Source: Catenibacterium mitsuokai
Lineage (GTDB): Bacteria; Bacillota_I; Bacilli_A; Erysipelotrichales; Coprobacillaceae
Assembly (NCBI RefSeq): GCF_025148785.1
Contig: NZ_CP102271.1
Location: forward strand, 1,387,972-1,419,971
Direction of reading: 5' to 3'
Length of the DNA: 32,000 nt
The notes under the pieces: generated by a model
What the model was told of the DNA's origin: nothing
The model's database searches: none
Seen by the model: the letters and a program-made list of their open reading frames with translations, nothing else
Translations under genes and position numbers: made by a program
In this document: positions 14,579 through 23,531 of the stretch, piece by piece
Layout: the number at the start of each line of letters is the position of its first letter
Position numbering within the stretch: the first letter of the stretch is position 1

Positions 14579-15686
14579 TAAACCCGCTTTAATGGAACGT
14601 GCCAGCTTCAAATCAATTGTGTCTTCTTTACTCGCAATTTTAATGGGGCTAGTCGTTGGTTTTATCATTATCTTAATTGCTAATCCTAGTGATGCACTTC
14701 AGGGATTATCTATTTTATTAACAGGTGGCTTTAGAGAAGGGCTATCTAGTATTGGACAGGTTATTTATTTAGCAGTACCAATCATGATGACTGGTCTATC
14801 TGTTTCATTTGCTTATAAATGTGGTGAATTCAATATCGGTGTACCTGGACAGTATTTAGTAGGAAGCTTCACTGCTGTATTTATCGCATTAAGAGCTACT
14901 TTTATTCCAGATAATTTAGTATGGATTTTTGCTATTTTAGGAGCTGGAATTGCTGGTGCTTTATGGGCACTTATTCCTGGTATCTTAAAAGCAGCTCGTA
15001 ACGTAAACGTTGTTATTTCTGGTATCATGTGTAACTATATCGGTATGTTACTTGTTATCCAGGGCATTAAAGCAACTATCTACAACTCTACAGGTGCAGA
15101 AAGCTATGCAGTACCTAGTACACGTAGTATTCCTGGCTTTGGGCTCAATCAGATTTTTGGTGATCGTGTTAATTTAGGTATCATTATTGCTATCTTACTT
15201 TGTATACTTGCTTGGTTTATTATGAATAAAACTACTTTTGGTTATGAACTAAAAGCATGTGGTTTCAATAAAGATGCAGCAAGATATGCAGGTATGAACG
15301 AAAAGAAATGTATCGTTTTAGCACTTGTGATTTCTGGATTCTTTGCAGGTGTAGGTGGTGCCTTAACTTACTTATGTGGTACTGGTAAAACTTTACCAAT
15401 CACTGAAACATTACCAAACGAAGGCTGGAACGGTATCCCAGTAGCCTTACTTGGCTTTTCTAATCCAATTGGATGTATCTTCGCTGCATTATTCATTGGT
15501 TATATTAATGTTGGTGGTAACTATATGCAGGCACTTAATATTGCGATTGAAGTTATTGATATTATCGTTGCTGTTATTATCTACTTTGCTTCATTCACAT
15601 TATTCATCAAAGCCTTATTAGAACGTTATCAAAGAAATAAAAAGAGAAAAGCAGAAATACAGAATGAAGGAGGTAAAACAGAATGA
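14568..15686 (+). CDS. ABC transporter permease (BMP/nucleoside-type, NupP-like)
   Basis: 372 aa, about 9-10 TM segments. RBS GGAGAAGG. Overlaps the ATPase stop by 11 nt. Confidence 0.85.
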   Translation: MKSNKPALMERASFKSIVSSLLAILMGLVVGFIIILIANPSDALQGLSILLTGGFREGLSSIGQVIYLAVPIMMTGLSVSFAYKCGEFNIGVPGQYLVGSFTAVFIALRATFIPDNLVWIFAILGAGIAGALWALIPGILKAARNVNVVISGIMCNYIGMLLVIQGIKATIYNSTGAESYAVPSTRSIPGFGLNQIFGDRVNLGIIIAILLCILAWFIMNKTTFGYELKACGFNKDAARYAGMNEKKCIVLALVISGFFAGVGGALTYLCGTGKTLPITETLPNEGWNGIPVALLGFSNPIGCIFAALFIGYINVGGNYMQALNIAIEVIDIIVAVIIYFASFTLFIKALLERYQRNKKRKAEIQNEGGKTE

Positions 15687-16645
15687 GTATAGTTTATTTC
15701 CTTTTTGCTCAGACTTTACTATTTGCCATTCCATTAATGATTGTTGCTTTGGGTGGTATGTTCTCTGAACGAAGTGGTGTTGTTAACTTAGCCCTTGAAG
15801 GTATTATGATCATCGGCGGTTTTGCTGGTGTATTCTATTTAAATTATATGCAGTCTAATGATATTCTTCATGGTATGCCACTTCTTTTAACAGGTTTACT
15901 TATTTCAGGAATTGTCGGTGTACTATTTAGTATGCTTCATGCCTTTGCAGCCATTCATTTAAGTGCTGACCAGACTATTTCTGGTACTGCATTAAATATG
16001 CTTGCTCCAGCACTTGGTATCTTTATCGCAAAAACTGTACAGGATGGTATGCAGAACGTTTCATTCACTAATGAATTCAGAATTTCTGAAGTTCCTGGAC
16101 TTAGCAGTATTCCAGTACTTGGTGATTTATTCTTCAAAAACTGTTACTTTACTACATTCCTAGGCATTGCGATTCTTATCATTTCTTGGTATTTCCTTAT
16201 GAAAACCAAGACTGGTTTAAGAATCCGTTCTTGTGGTGAAAACCCTCAGGCAGCAGATGCTGCAGGGATCAGTGTTTATAAAATCAGATATCTAGGTGTA
16301 GGTATTTCTGGTTTCTTAGCTGGTATGGGTGGACTTATTTATATCCTACCAATCTCTACAGAATTCACCTGCACTGTTGCTGGTTATGGTTTCTTAGCTT
16401 TAGCTGTATTAATCTTTGGTAACTGGACACCATTAAGAATTGCTGGTGCAGCATTCTTCTTCGGTTTCATGAAGACATTATCTTATACATATAACTCAGT
16501 TCCATTACTTGCTAAAATGTCTTTACCTGATACAACATATAAATTAATTCCATATGTTGCTACTTTAATTCTATTAGCATTTACATCTAAGAACTCTGCT
16601 GCGCCTCGTGCAGATGGTGTGCCTTACGATAAGTCTAAACGTTAA
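15683..16645 (+). CDS. ABC transporter permease (NupQ-like)
   Basis: 320 aa polytopic membrane protein. ATGA overlap with the upstream permease. RBS GGAGG. Confidence 0.85.
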   Translation: MSIVYFLFAQTLLFAIPLMIVALGGMFSERSGVVNLALEGIMIIGGFAGVFYLNYMQSNDILHGMPLLLTGLLISGIVGVLFSMLHAFAAIHLSADQTISGTALNMLAPALGIFIAKTVQDGMQNVSFTNEFRISEVPGLSSIPVLGDLFFKNCYFTTFLGIAILIISWYFLMKTKTGLRIRSCGENPQAADAAGISVYKIRYLGVGISGFLAGMGGLIYILPISTEFTCTVAGYGFLALAVLIFGNWTPLRIAGAAFFFGFMKTLSYTYNSVPLLAKMSLPDTTYKLIPYVATLILLAFTSKNSAAPRADGVPYDKSKR

Positions 16646-16652
16646 TAGAGCC

Positions 16653-16676
16653 GGACTCCTCAGGGAGTCCTTTTTT
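16653..16676 (+). terminator. Rho-independent terminator after the ABC operon
   Basis: GGACTCC-TCAG-GGAGTCC followed by T6. Confidence 0.8.
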
Positions 16677-16731
16677 CTTGCACTACTATACAAAAAAGTT
16701 ATAATGAATAGAGAAAGAAAAGAGGTATACA

Positions 16732-18024
16732 ATGAACAAGATCTATCAAATGAATGGATATCAACTTCACTTGATTTCATCTAAGAAATTTAAAGATATT
16801 ACAATCTCTGTTCGTTTTAAAGGACGTTTTACAAGAGAAACAGTCACAAGTAGAAGTGTTCTAGGATTCTTAATGATCACTGGAACTATGAAACATCCAA
16901 CACAGAAGGACTTATCTAGAACACTAGAAGATTTATATGGTGCAAATCTTTCTGCTAATATTTCTTCAGCAGGTAAAGGTCATATTATTACTTTTAAGAA
17001 TACATGTGTTAATCAGGAATTCCTTCCTATCAATGAAAATCTACTCATTAAACAGGTAGATTTATTAAATGAATTAGTGAATCATCCTTATATAGTGGAT
17101 AACCATTTCGATGAAGAAATGACTGAACTTAAGAAACAAGAAATTACATATCGTATTATGGCTGATATGGACGATAAGATGGGCTATGCCTTTGATCGTA
17201 TGGTAGATTATATGGGAAGAGGAAGTGTTCTAGGATTACGTTCTACAGGCTATATAGAAGATATGGATAACATCAATGCTTATACTCTTGTAGAAACATA
17301 TAACGATATGATCCAAAATGATGATAAGCATGTTTATGTAGTAGGGGATATAGATGAAAGTATCGTTTCTATTTTCGAAGAAAGATTACAGTTCCCACGT
17401 GCAGTTCATGAGCCTTATCCTACTGCTTATATTTATCAGAATGAGCGTATTCATCTTTTAGATATCATTGAAAAACAGGATATCGTCCAGTCTAAGCTCG
17501 TTATGGGGTATAAGGCAAACTGCTGTACCTTAAGCAAAAATACAGCTGCAATGAGCGTATTTTCTAATTTATTAGGAGGTTATTCTCAATCTAGACTATT
17601 CCAGGTAGTCAGAGAAAAAAACAGCTTATGTTACTTCATTCATTCAAGTTATGATCCAATGAATGGTATTATGACCATTGCAGCAGGCATTGATATGGAT
17701 AATTATGATAAGACTAAAGAGTTAATTGGAAAACAGATCAAAGACTTGCAGGTTGGTCATATCACCGATGAAGAATTATCAATGGTAAAAACTATGTTAA
17801 TCAATGCATTATCTAAAGTAGATGATGATCCAGATTCCATTATCTCATTCAATTGGAGAAGAGATATCATTAATAGTCAGGATACTATTGAAGATAAACA
17901 GAATGCAATTAAAAATGTCACTAAAGAAGATGTTATTAAATGTGCTCAAAGTATAGAATTAGATACAATCTATTTCTTGACTGGAAAGGAGTTCTATGAA
18001 GAAAACTTATTATCCAACAATTAA
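16732..18024 (+). CDS. M16-family peptidase-like protein lacking the HxxEH zinc motif (non-catalytic subunit, YmfF-like)
   Basis: 430 aa and the same length class as its neighbour. No HxxEH at the expected N-terminal position (VLGFLMITGTMKH). Confidence 0.7.
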   Translation: MNKIYQMNGYQLHLISSKKFKDITISVRFKGRFTRETVTSRSVLGFLMITGTMKHPTQKDLSRTLEDLYGANLSANISSAGKGHIITFKNTCVNQEFLPINENLLIKQVDLLNELVNHPYIVDNHFDEEMTELKKQEITYRIMADMDDKMGYAFDRMVDYMGRGSVLGLRSTGYIEDMDNINAYTLVETYNDMIQNDDKHVYVVGDIDESIVSIFEERLQFPRAVHEPYPTAYIYQNERIHLLDIIEKQDIVQSKLVMGYKANCCTLSKNTAAMSVFSNLLGGYSQSRLFQVVREKNSLCYFIHSSYDPMNGIMTIAAGIDMDNYDKTKELIGKQIKDLQVGHITDEELSMVKTMLINALSKVDDDPDSIISFNWRRDIINSQDTIEDKQNAIKNVTKEDVIKCAQSIELDTIYFLTGKEFYEENLLSNN

Positions 18025-19288
18025 AGAAACTCTATATCATGAAAAGATGAGCAATGGACTTAATGTCTATCTCATGCCTAAGGATGGTTTTACAAAGACA
18101 TATGGTTTATTTTCAACACGTTTTGGTTCTATTGACCGTAGTTTCATTCCTCTAGGAGAAACAGATTTAATCACAGTACCTGATGGTGTCGCTCATTTTC
18201 TAGAACATAAGATGTTCGATATGGAAGATGGGGATGCCTCAGAAAAATTTGCCGCACTTGGTGCAAGCAGTAACGCCTTCACTTCTCATAGCCGTACTGC
18301 TTATTTATTCAATACGGCTACAAATGTTGATGAATGTACTGAATTGTTATTAGACTTTGTTCAGGAATTAAATGTCACTCCTGAAAGTATTGAAAAAGAG
18401 AAGGGCATCATTAATCAGGAAATAGGCATGTATAATGATGATCCTGACTGGCGTGGTTATTTTGGTGCTATCAGCAACCTTTATCATAATCATCCTGTTA
18501 GAATTGATATTGCAGGTACTGTTGAAACAGTGGCAGAAATTGATTATGACATCTTACAGAAGTGTTACCACACATTCTATCATCCTTCTAATATGATGTT
18601 ATTTGTATCAGGAAACTTTGACCCTGAACACTTAATGTCTATTATTCGAGATAATCAGGCAAAGAAAAGTTTCAAAGATATGCCACCGATTGTAAGAGGG
18701 GATCATAATGAACCTGAAACCATCTTTAAGGACTATGAAGAAAACGTAATGGATGTCACTATGCCTAAAGTCAACGTGGCAATCAAGGTGAATCATGTCC
18801 CTCAATCACCTGAAGAAAAGCTTAAAAGACAGCTTTCTTTCTATATCTTCATGGATATGTTATTCTCTAAGAGTAGTGATTTAAGAGATGAATGGACTAA
18901 GGAGGGATTGATCAATGATTCATTCTTTACTAATTTCTCACAGGAACGTGATTTCTCTCATATTATCTTTGCGGGAGATAGTCCAAAACCGGATGAATTA
19001 ATGGCTCATATTCATCAATTAATTGCAGATATTCCACATATGACATTAGATGAAGAAGCATTCAATAGAATGAAAAGAAACAATATTGGAACTCTTATTG
19101 GTTTCTTCAACTCTATCGAAACAATCGCTTCACTATTTAGTCAATACTATTTAGAGGGAATCAATTTATTTGACTTATTTGAAGCATATCAGGCTCTTAC
19201 AATCGCTGATATCAAAAATATTTTGCCTTTATTTTGTATGGATTTAACATCTAATTTTATTATCAGACCACTTAAGGCTAACGCCTAG
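17996..19288 (+). CDS. M16-family zinc metallopeptidase (pitrilysin type, YmfH-like)
   Basis: HFLEH (inverted zinc motif HxxEH) at GVAHFLEHKMF, with a downstream E in INQEIGM. 29-nt overlap with the upstream paralogue. Confidence 0.8.
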   Translation: MKKTYYPTIKETLYHEKMSNGLNVYLMPKDGFTKTYGLFSTRFGSIDRSFIPLGETDLITVPDGVAHFLEHKMFDMEDGDASEKFAALGASSNAFTSHSRTAYLFNTATNVDECTELLLDFVQELNVTPESIEKEKGIINQEIGMYNDDPDWRGYFGAISNLYHNHPVRIDIAGTVETVAEIDYDILQKCYHTFYHPSNMMLFVSGNFDPEHLMSIIRDNQAKKSFKDMPPIVRGDHNEPETIFKDYEENVMDVTMPKVNVAIKVNHVPQSPEEKLKRQLSFYIFMDMLFSKSSDLRDEWTKEGLINDSFFTNFSQERDFSHIIFAGDSPKPDELMAHIHQLIADIPHMTLDEEAFNRMKRNNIGTLIGFFNSIETIASLFSQYYLEGINLFDLFEAYQALTIADIKNILPLFCMDLTSNFIIRPLKANA

Positions 19289-19291
19289 ATG

Positions 19292-19319
19292 TTGACTAAA
19301 AAAGCGCTTATGCTATAAT
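19292..19319 (+). promoter_or_regulatory. Strong sigma-A-type promoter
   Basis: TTGACT (19292-19297), 16-nt spacer ending in TGC, TATAAT (19314-19319), so the extended -10 reads TGCTATAAT. Confidence 0.65.
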
Positions 19320-19325
19320 GGTGGT

Positions 19326-19490
19326 GACCTGAGAGTATATGGATTTCCTACATTTTTGATAAGGGAACCTGATTGTTTGAAAGACGGTGTTGAAGACCTG
19401 CTACGAGTAGGGATCCTAAAGTTTTTCACAAGGTACCCACCTGTATTTAACAGGGATAATCAACTCCTCTTAGGTCTTTTCATTTGTTTA
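19326..19490 (+). ncRNA. Candidate structured leader or small RNA of unknown class, upstream of the ynzC-like gene
   Basis: It starts about 7 nt after the -10. The 5' GACCTGAGAG (19326-19335) pairs with CTCTTAGGTC (19467-19476): 10 bp including one G-U, followed by TTTTCATTTGTTT. An inner helix pairs 19341-19351 with 19407-19416. A local hairpin lies at 19440-19454. ACCTG occurs four times. Confidence 0.3.
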
Positions 19491-19510
19491 AATTTTACAG
19501 GGGGCTCATT

Positions 19511-19738
19511 ATGGCTATTGATCAGAAACTCATCGATGAAATTAATGCACTTGCTCATAAAAAGAAGACAGTAGGTCTTACGCCTGAAGAACAGGTTCGT
19601 CAGCAGAAGCTTAGACAGAAATACCTAAAAGAATTTAGAAGAGGCTTTGAACAGCAGCTTCAGAGCATCAAAGTTGTAGATGCAAATGGTAATGATGTCA
19701 CTCCTGCAAAAGCAAGAATGCACAAAAAAATAAACTAG
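19511..19738 (+). CDS. ynzC: UPF0291/DUF896 family small protein (YnzC-like)
   Basis: 75 aa. IDEINALAHKKKTVGLTPEEQVRQQKLRQKYLKEFR...VVDANGNDVTP matches the YnzC family pattern. RBS AGGGGG 6 nt upstream. Sits upstream of tkt, as in B. subtilis. Confidence 0.75.
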   Translation: MAIDQKLIDEINALAHKKKTVGLTPEEQVRQQKLRQKYLKEFRRGFEQQLQSIKVVDANGNDVTPAKARMHKKIN

Positions 19739-19768
19739 ACAGTCTTTGTGAAAAGATTGTCTTTTTTA
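19737..19768 (+). terminator. Rho-independent terminator
   Basis: AGACAGTCTT-TGTGAA-AAGATTGTCT followed by T6. Confidence 0.7.
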
Positions 19769-19794
19769 TTGCCTTTCACTTTTGTAAAAAATGG

Positions 19795-19822
19795 TTTACA
19801 CATCATTAAAATTATGTATAAT
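19795..19822 (+). promoter_or_regulatory. Promoter of tkt
   Basis: TTTACA, 16-nt spacer, TATAAT (19817-19822). Confidence 0.5.
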
Positions 19823-19846
19823 GAGTGTGATTAGGAGGTACTCGAA

Positions 19847-21817
19847 ATGGATTCGAATTTATCGATCGCTACAATAAGATCGCTTTGTATTGACATGATT
19901 AATAAGGCAAATTCTGGTCATCCAGGTATGGTTCTTGATGGCGCACCAGCTTTATATACATTGTTTACTAAGGTGATGAACATAAATCCCTCTTTGTCTA
20001 GTTGGCAAAATAGGGATCGCTTTGTTCTTGCAAGTGGTCATGCTAGTTCTTTACTTTATGCTTTATTACATCTTTCTGGTTATGATTTAAGTCTTGATGA
20101 TTTAAAACAGTTCAGACAGTGGCAGTCAAAAACACCTGGACATCCAGAAATCACTATCACAGATGGTGTAGATGCATCTTCAGGACCTTTAGGTCAGGGT
20201 GTTCCTACAGCAACAGGTATGGCAATTGCTGAAAAGTTCCTTGCCGAAAAATACAACAAGGAAGATTGCTCAATTGTTGACCATTACACATATGCATTAT
20301 GTGGTGATGGTGATATGCAGGAAGGTGTGACTTATGAAGCATCCTCTCTTGCTGGTCATCTCTCTTTAGGAAAGCTTATTGTTATCTATGATGCCAATGA
20401 AGTAACACTTGATGGTCCTCTTTCATATTCATTCAGTGAAAATGTAAAGAAGAGATATGAAGCAATGAATTGGCAGGTTATCGAAGTGGCTGATGGTAAT
20501 GACATTCAGGCCATCAACCGTGCATTAAAGCGTGCTAAGAAAGAGTTATTCAAACCATCTATTATCATCATGAAGACCGTAATTGGTTATGGTTCTTGCA
20601 ACCAGGGAACTAATAAAGTTCATGGTGCACCTTTAGGTGAAGAAGACGGTAAGAATGCTAAGTTATCTTATGGATTTGACCATGATCCTTTCTATGTTCC
20701 TGAAGAAGTTTATGCTGATTTCAAGAAGAATGTTAAAGACCGTGGTACAAGAGCATATAAGAAATGGTTAAAGACTGTTGAAGAATATGCTGAAAAATAT
20801 CCAGAAGAATATAAAGAATATAAAAATGCTATTGAAGGTAATTATCATTTAGATATTACAGAACTTCAAAAAGAATTCAAACCTGGCTATACAGAAGCAA
20901 CTCGTAATATTTCTCATAGAATTATTCAGGAAGTTGCTGCACAGAACCCTACATTCTTATCTGGTACTGCAGATTTATCTTCTTCTACTAAGACATCAAT
21001 CAAGGGTGAAGGAAGATTTAGCTGTGAAAACTATACTGGAAGAAATGTATATTTTGGTATCAGAGAATTCGCAATGGTGTCTATCATGAATGGTATGACA
21101 TTACATAAGGGTGTTAAGATCTCAGCAGGGGGCTTCTTGGTATTCAGTGATTACTTTAAAGCAGCCTTAAGAATGGGTTCTTTACAGGAATGTCCAATCA
21201 TTCTTCCATTATCACATGACTCTATCGCAGTTGGTGAAGATGGTCCTACACATCAGCCTGTTGAACAGCTTGCAATGCTGAGAAGCAGTATTGATGTTGA
21301 AGTATTACGTCCAGCTGATGCAAATGAAATGCTTGCATCTTGGAAGATTGCTGTTGAAACAAAGAATATGCCAGTTGCATTAATTCTTACTAGACAGCCA
21401 GTAGAAAACCTTACAAATTCTACTTATGAAGATGTATTACATGGTGCCTATATTGCTAGAAAAGAATCTGGTGATCTAGAAGGTATCATTATCGCTTCTG
21501 GTTCTGAAGTAGGTCTTGCAATTCATGCACAGGAAGAATTAGAAAAACAGGGACATTCAGTACGTGTTGTTTCTATGCCTTCAATGAATTTATTTGATGC
21601 ACAGACTGATGAATATAAGGAATCCGTTTTACCAAATAGCTGCAGAAAGCGTCTTTCTGTAGAAATGTTATCTGATTTTGGATGGCATAAATATGTTGGT
21701 TTAGATGGTAAAACTATGTGTGTTGATACTTTTGGGGCAAGTGCTCCAGCAAGTAGAGTCATCAAGGAATATGGTTTTACTGTTGAAAACGTTGTAAAAG
21801 AATACAACTCATTATAA
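19847..21817 (+). CDS. tkt: Transketolase
   Basis: 656 aa. NSGHPGM and the TPP-binding motif CGDGDMQEG. HDSIAVGEDGPTHQP. RBS AGGAGG. Confidence 0.95.
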   Translation: MDSNLSIATIRSLCIDMINKANSGHPGMVLDGAPALYTLFTKVMNINPSLSSWQNRDRFVLASGHASSLLYALLHLSGYDLSLDDLKQFRQWQSKTPGHPEITITDGVDASSGPLGQGVPTATGMAIAEKFLAEKYNKEDCSIVDHYTYALCGDGDMQEGVTYEASSLAGHLSLGKLIVIYDANEVTLDGPLSYSFSENVKKRYEAMNWQVIEVADGNDIQAINRALKRAKKELFKPSIIIMKTVIGYGSCNQGTNKVHGAPLGEEDGKNAKLSYGFDHDPFYVPEEVYADFKKNVKDRGTRAYKKWLKTVEEYAEKYPEEYKEYKNAIEGNYHLDITELQKEFKPGYTEATRNISHRIIQEVAAQNPTFLSGTADLSSSTKTSIKGEGRFSCENYTGRNVYFGIREFAMVSIMNGMTLHKGVKISAGGFLVFSDYFKAALRMGSLQECPIILPLSHDSIAVGEDGPTHQPVEQLAMLRSSIDVEVLRPADANEMLASWKIAVETKNMPVALILTRQPVENLTNSTYEDVLHGAYIARKESGDLEGIIIASGSEVGLAIHAQEELEKQGHSVRVVSMPSMNLFDAQTDEYKESVLPNSCRKRLSVEMLSDFGWHKYVGLDGKTMCVDTFGASAPASRVIKEYGFTVENVVKEYNSL

Positions 21818-21832
21818 AAACCATCAAAAAGG

Positions 21833-21854
21833 GAGGATATCTTAGGATATTCTC
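21833..21854 (+). terminator. Possible terminator after tkt
   Basis: GAGGATATC-TTAG-GATATTCTC (one G-U pair), but only a weak T tract follows. Confidence 0.4.
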
Positions 21855-21885
21855 TCTTTAAATTAGTACTAAAACACTAAAACAA

Positions 21886-21914
21886 TTTACAAACATAATC
21901 TAGTTTGATATAAT
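21886..21914 (+). promoter_or_regulatory. Promoter of the yneF-like gene
   Basis: TTTACA, 17-nt spacer, TATAAT. Confidence 0.55.
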
Positions 21915-21941
21915 TATTTAACGTTAACGGAGGTATTTACA

Positions 21942-22145
21942 ATGGTAGCAGGATATATTATTACTACAATTATTGGTGCTCTTGTTGGATTCTTCTTTGC
22001 AAGATGGATGTTCAAGAGAGAATTAAAGAAAAACCCACCAATCTCAGAAAAAATGATTCGTGCTATGTTTATGGAAATGGGACGTAAACCTAGCGAAACT
22101 CAGATCAAGAGAATCATGAAAAGTGTTAATGATCAATATAAATAA
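21942..22145 (+). CDS. yneF: UPF0154 family small membrane protein (YneF-like)
   Basis: 67 aa. N-terminal TM segment followed by KKNPPISEKMIRAMFMEMGRKPSE, characteristic of the YneF family. Confidence 0.75.
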   Translation: MVAGYIITTIIGALVGFFFARWMFKRELKKNPPISEKMIRAMFMEMGRKPSETQIKRIMKSVNDQYK

Positions 22146-22165
22146 GGGATAAAACCCTTATTTTT
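22143..22165 (+). terminator. Rho-independent terminator
   Basis: TAAGGG-ATAAAA-CCCTTA followed by T5. Confidence 0.55.
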
Positions 22166-22172
22166 ATTTACC

Positions 22173-22805
22173 ATGAAAATTACAATTACAAGACATTCTA
22201 AAACGCTTTGGAATAAAGAAAAAAGACTTCAAGGATGTAAAGATTCTCCTTTAAGTCCTGAAGGCATGGATAATATTCTTGCTTTAAAAGAACATATCAA
22301 GAATAATCATTATGATGCTATTTGTTCCAGTCCTATTAAGCGTGCATATGATACTGCAAAGCTATTATTTGATAATCAGCCCATCATTACTGATGAACGC
22401 ATTCGAGAAATGAATTTTGGTCTATTAGAAGGACAGAAAATTGATGAAATTCCTGAGGAATATAAAAAAGCTTATCATGATTTATGGTGTCACCCTGAAA
22501 TATCCAATGGTATTCCAGAAGGGGAAACCTATGATGAAATTGAAGAAAGAGTTAAAGACTTCTTAAATGATCTTGTGAAAAAGCCTTATGACAACGTATT
22601 TATTGTCACTCATGGATTCTGTTTTACTATTATTATGGCCACTATCATGAACCTCGATAGAAAAGACTATATTAAAGTCAATAGTCCTGTTGTGGATGGC
22701 TGCTCTGAAACAATTGTGGATTATAGTAATGGCGCATTTACTGTGGAAGTTTATGGAAATAATAATTTCCTTCCACACCAGTCAAATGAATCATTTTCCA
22801 AATAA
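22173..22805 (+). CDS. Histidine phosphatase family protein (phosphoglycerate mutase-like)
   Basis: ITRHSKTLWN (RHG-type motif) and a C-terminal THGF catalytic His. No obvious SD. Confidence 0.75.
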   Translation: MKITITRHSKTLWNKEKRLQGCKDSPLSPEGMDNILALKEHIKNNHYDAICSSPIKRAYDTAKLLFDNQPIITDERIREMNFGLLEGQKIDEIPEEYKKAYHDLWCHPEISNGIPEGETYDEIEERVKDFLNDLVKKPYDNVFIVTHGFCFTIIMATIMNLDRKDYIKVNSPVVDGCSETIVDYSNGAFTVEVYGNNNFLPHQSNESFSK

Positions 22806-22806
22806 A

Positions 22807-22836
22807 AAAGTCAAATGGCTAAAACCATTTGACTTT
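22807..22836. terminator. Bidirectional hairpin between the convergent phosphatase and plsY genes
   Basis: AAAGTCAAATGG-CTAAAA-CCATTTGACTTT, a perfect 12-bp stem. The right arm lies in the last plsY codons. Confidence 0.65.
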
Positions 22837-23427
22837 ATTTTCTGTTCCGTTTTTTATTCTTATAATATTTGCACGATGTCTATAGACAATAAGTGCAACA
22901 ACACATATATTAGTAATGATTCCAGTTGTAGAATATCCAATAAATGGTGAAGCAATAAGAACAGCTGTCGCACCAAGGATACTCGATAAAGATACATACT
23001 TAGTTGTCTTTAATGTAATTAAGAATACCGCAACTGCGATAATAAAACCATATATATTAGTCATTAATGTATAGGCGATTGCACTTGATACAGCCTTACC
23101 ACCCTGGAAATTCGCAAAGATAGGATAACAATGACCAATCATACAGAATAGTGCACATGGATAGATAATATTTGCTGAAATACCAGATACTTTCGCAATC
23201 CATCCTGTTAGTAAGATGGTAATGATACATTTTGTTGCATCAAGTAAAATAACTGCCATTCCGGCTTTTTTGCCTAGTACTCTTCCTGCATTGGTACCAC
23301 CTAGATTATGTGATCCATATTGACGAACATCAGTATTATAAAACACTTTACCAATGACTAAGGCAAAAGGTATTGAACCATATAGATAACTTATTAATAA
23401 ACAGATGATTATAATTAAATATTTCAT
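22819..23427 (-). CDS. plsY: Glycerol-3-phosphate acyltransferase PlsY
   Basis: 202 aa polytopic protein. YGSIPFALVIGK, GSHNLGGTN and GGKAV motifs. RBS GAGGTG. Confidence 0.9.
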   Translation of the reverse strand: MKYLIIIICLLISYLYGSIPFALVIGKVFYNTDVRQYGSHNLGGTNAGRVLGKKAGMAVILLDATKCIITILLTGWIAKVSGISANIIYPCALFCMIGHCYPIFANFQGGKAVSSAIAYTLMTNIYGFIIAVAVFLITLKTTKYVSLSSILGATAVLIASPFIGYSTTGIITNICVVALIVYRHRANIIRIKNGTENKVKWF

Positions 23428-23531
23428 CGACTCACCTCACAAAAAATCATTATACATAAATACTACAAAAAATCAAACTTTCCTATAAATTCCTTTTTGT
23501 GTTATACTAGTCAAGTTGAGGAGGTATGCTC

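Noticed and set aside
19326-19400. Possible TPP (THI-box) riboswitch upstream of ynzC/tkt: CTGAGA at 19329-19334 and ACCTGAT at 19367-19373, next to a TPP-dependent enzyme gene.
   Set aside because: The remaining conserved parts are absent. There is no GGGGTGC/ACCC P2 pairing around CTGAGA, no CUGGxxAAUxCCAGCGUAGGGA-type P4/P5, and the spacing is wrong. The two short boxes alone are not sufficient.
19431-19442. GGTACCCACC, whose reverse complement GGTGGGTACC resembles the T-box core GGTGGTACC.
   Set aside because: It would lie on the minus strand, with no downstream minus-strand gene to regulate. No specifier-loop or AGAGA elements are present.
19356-19574. 72-aa track ORF covering the structured leader and the start of the ynzC-like gene.
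   Set aside because: It has a non-ATG start without an RBS and is out of frame with the recognisable UPF0291 protein, which starts at 19511 behind AGGGGG.
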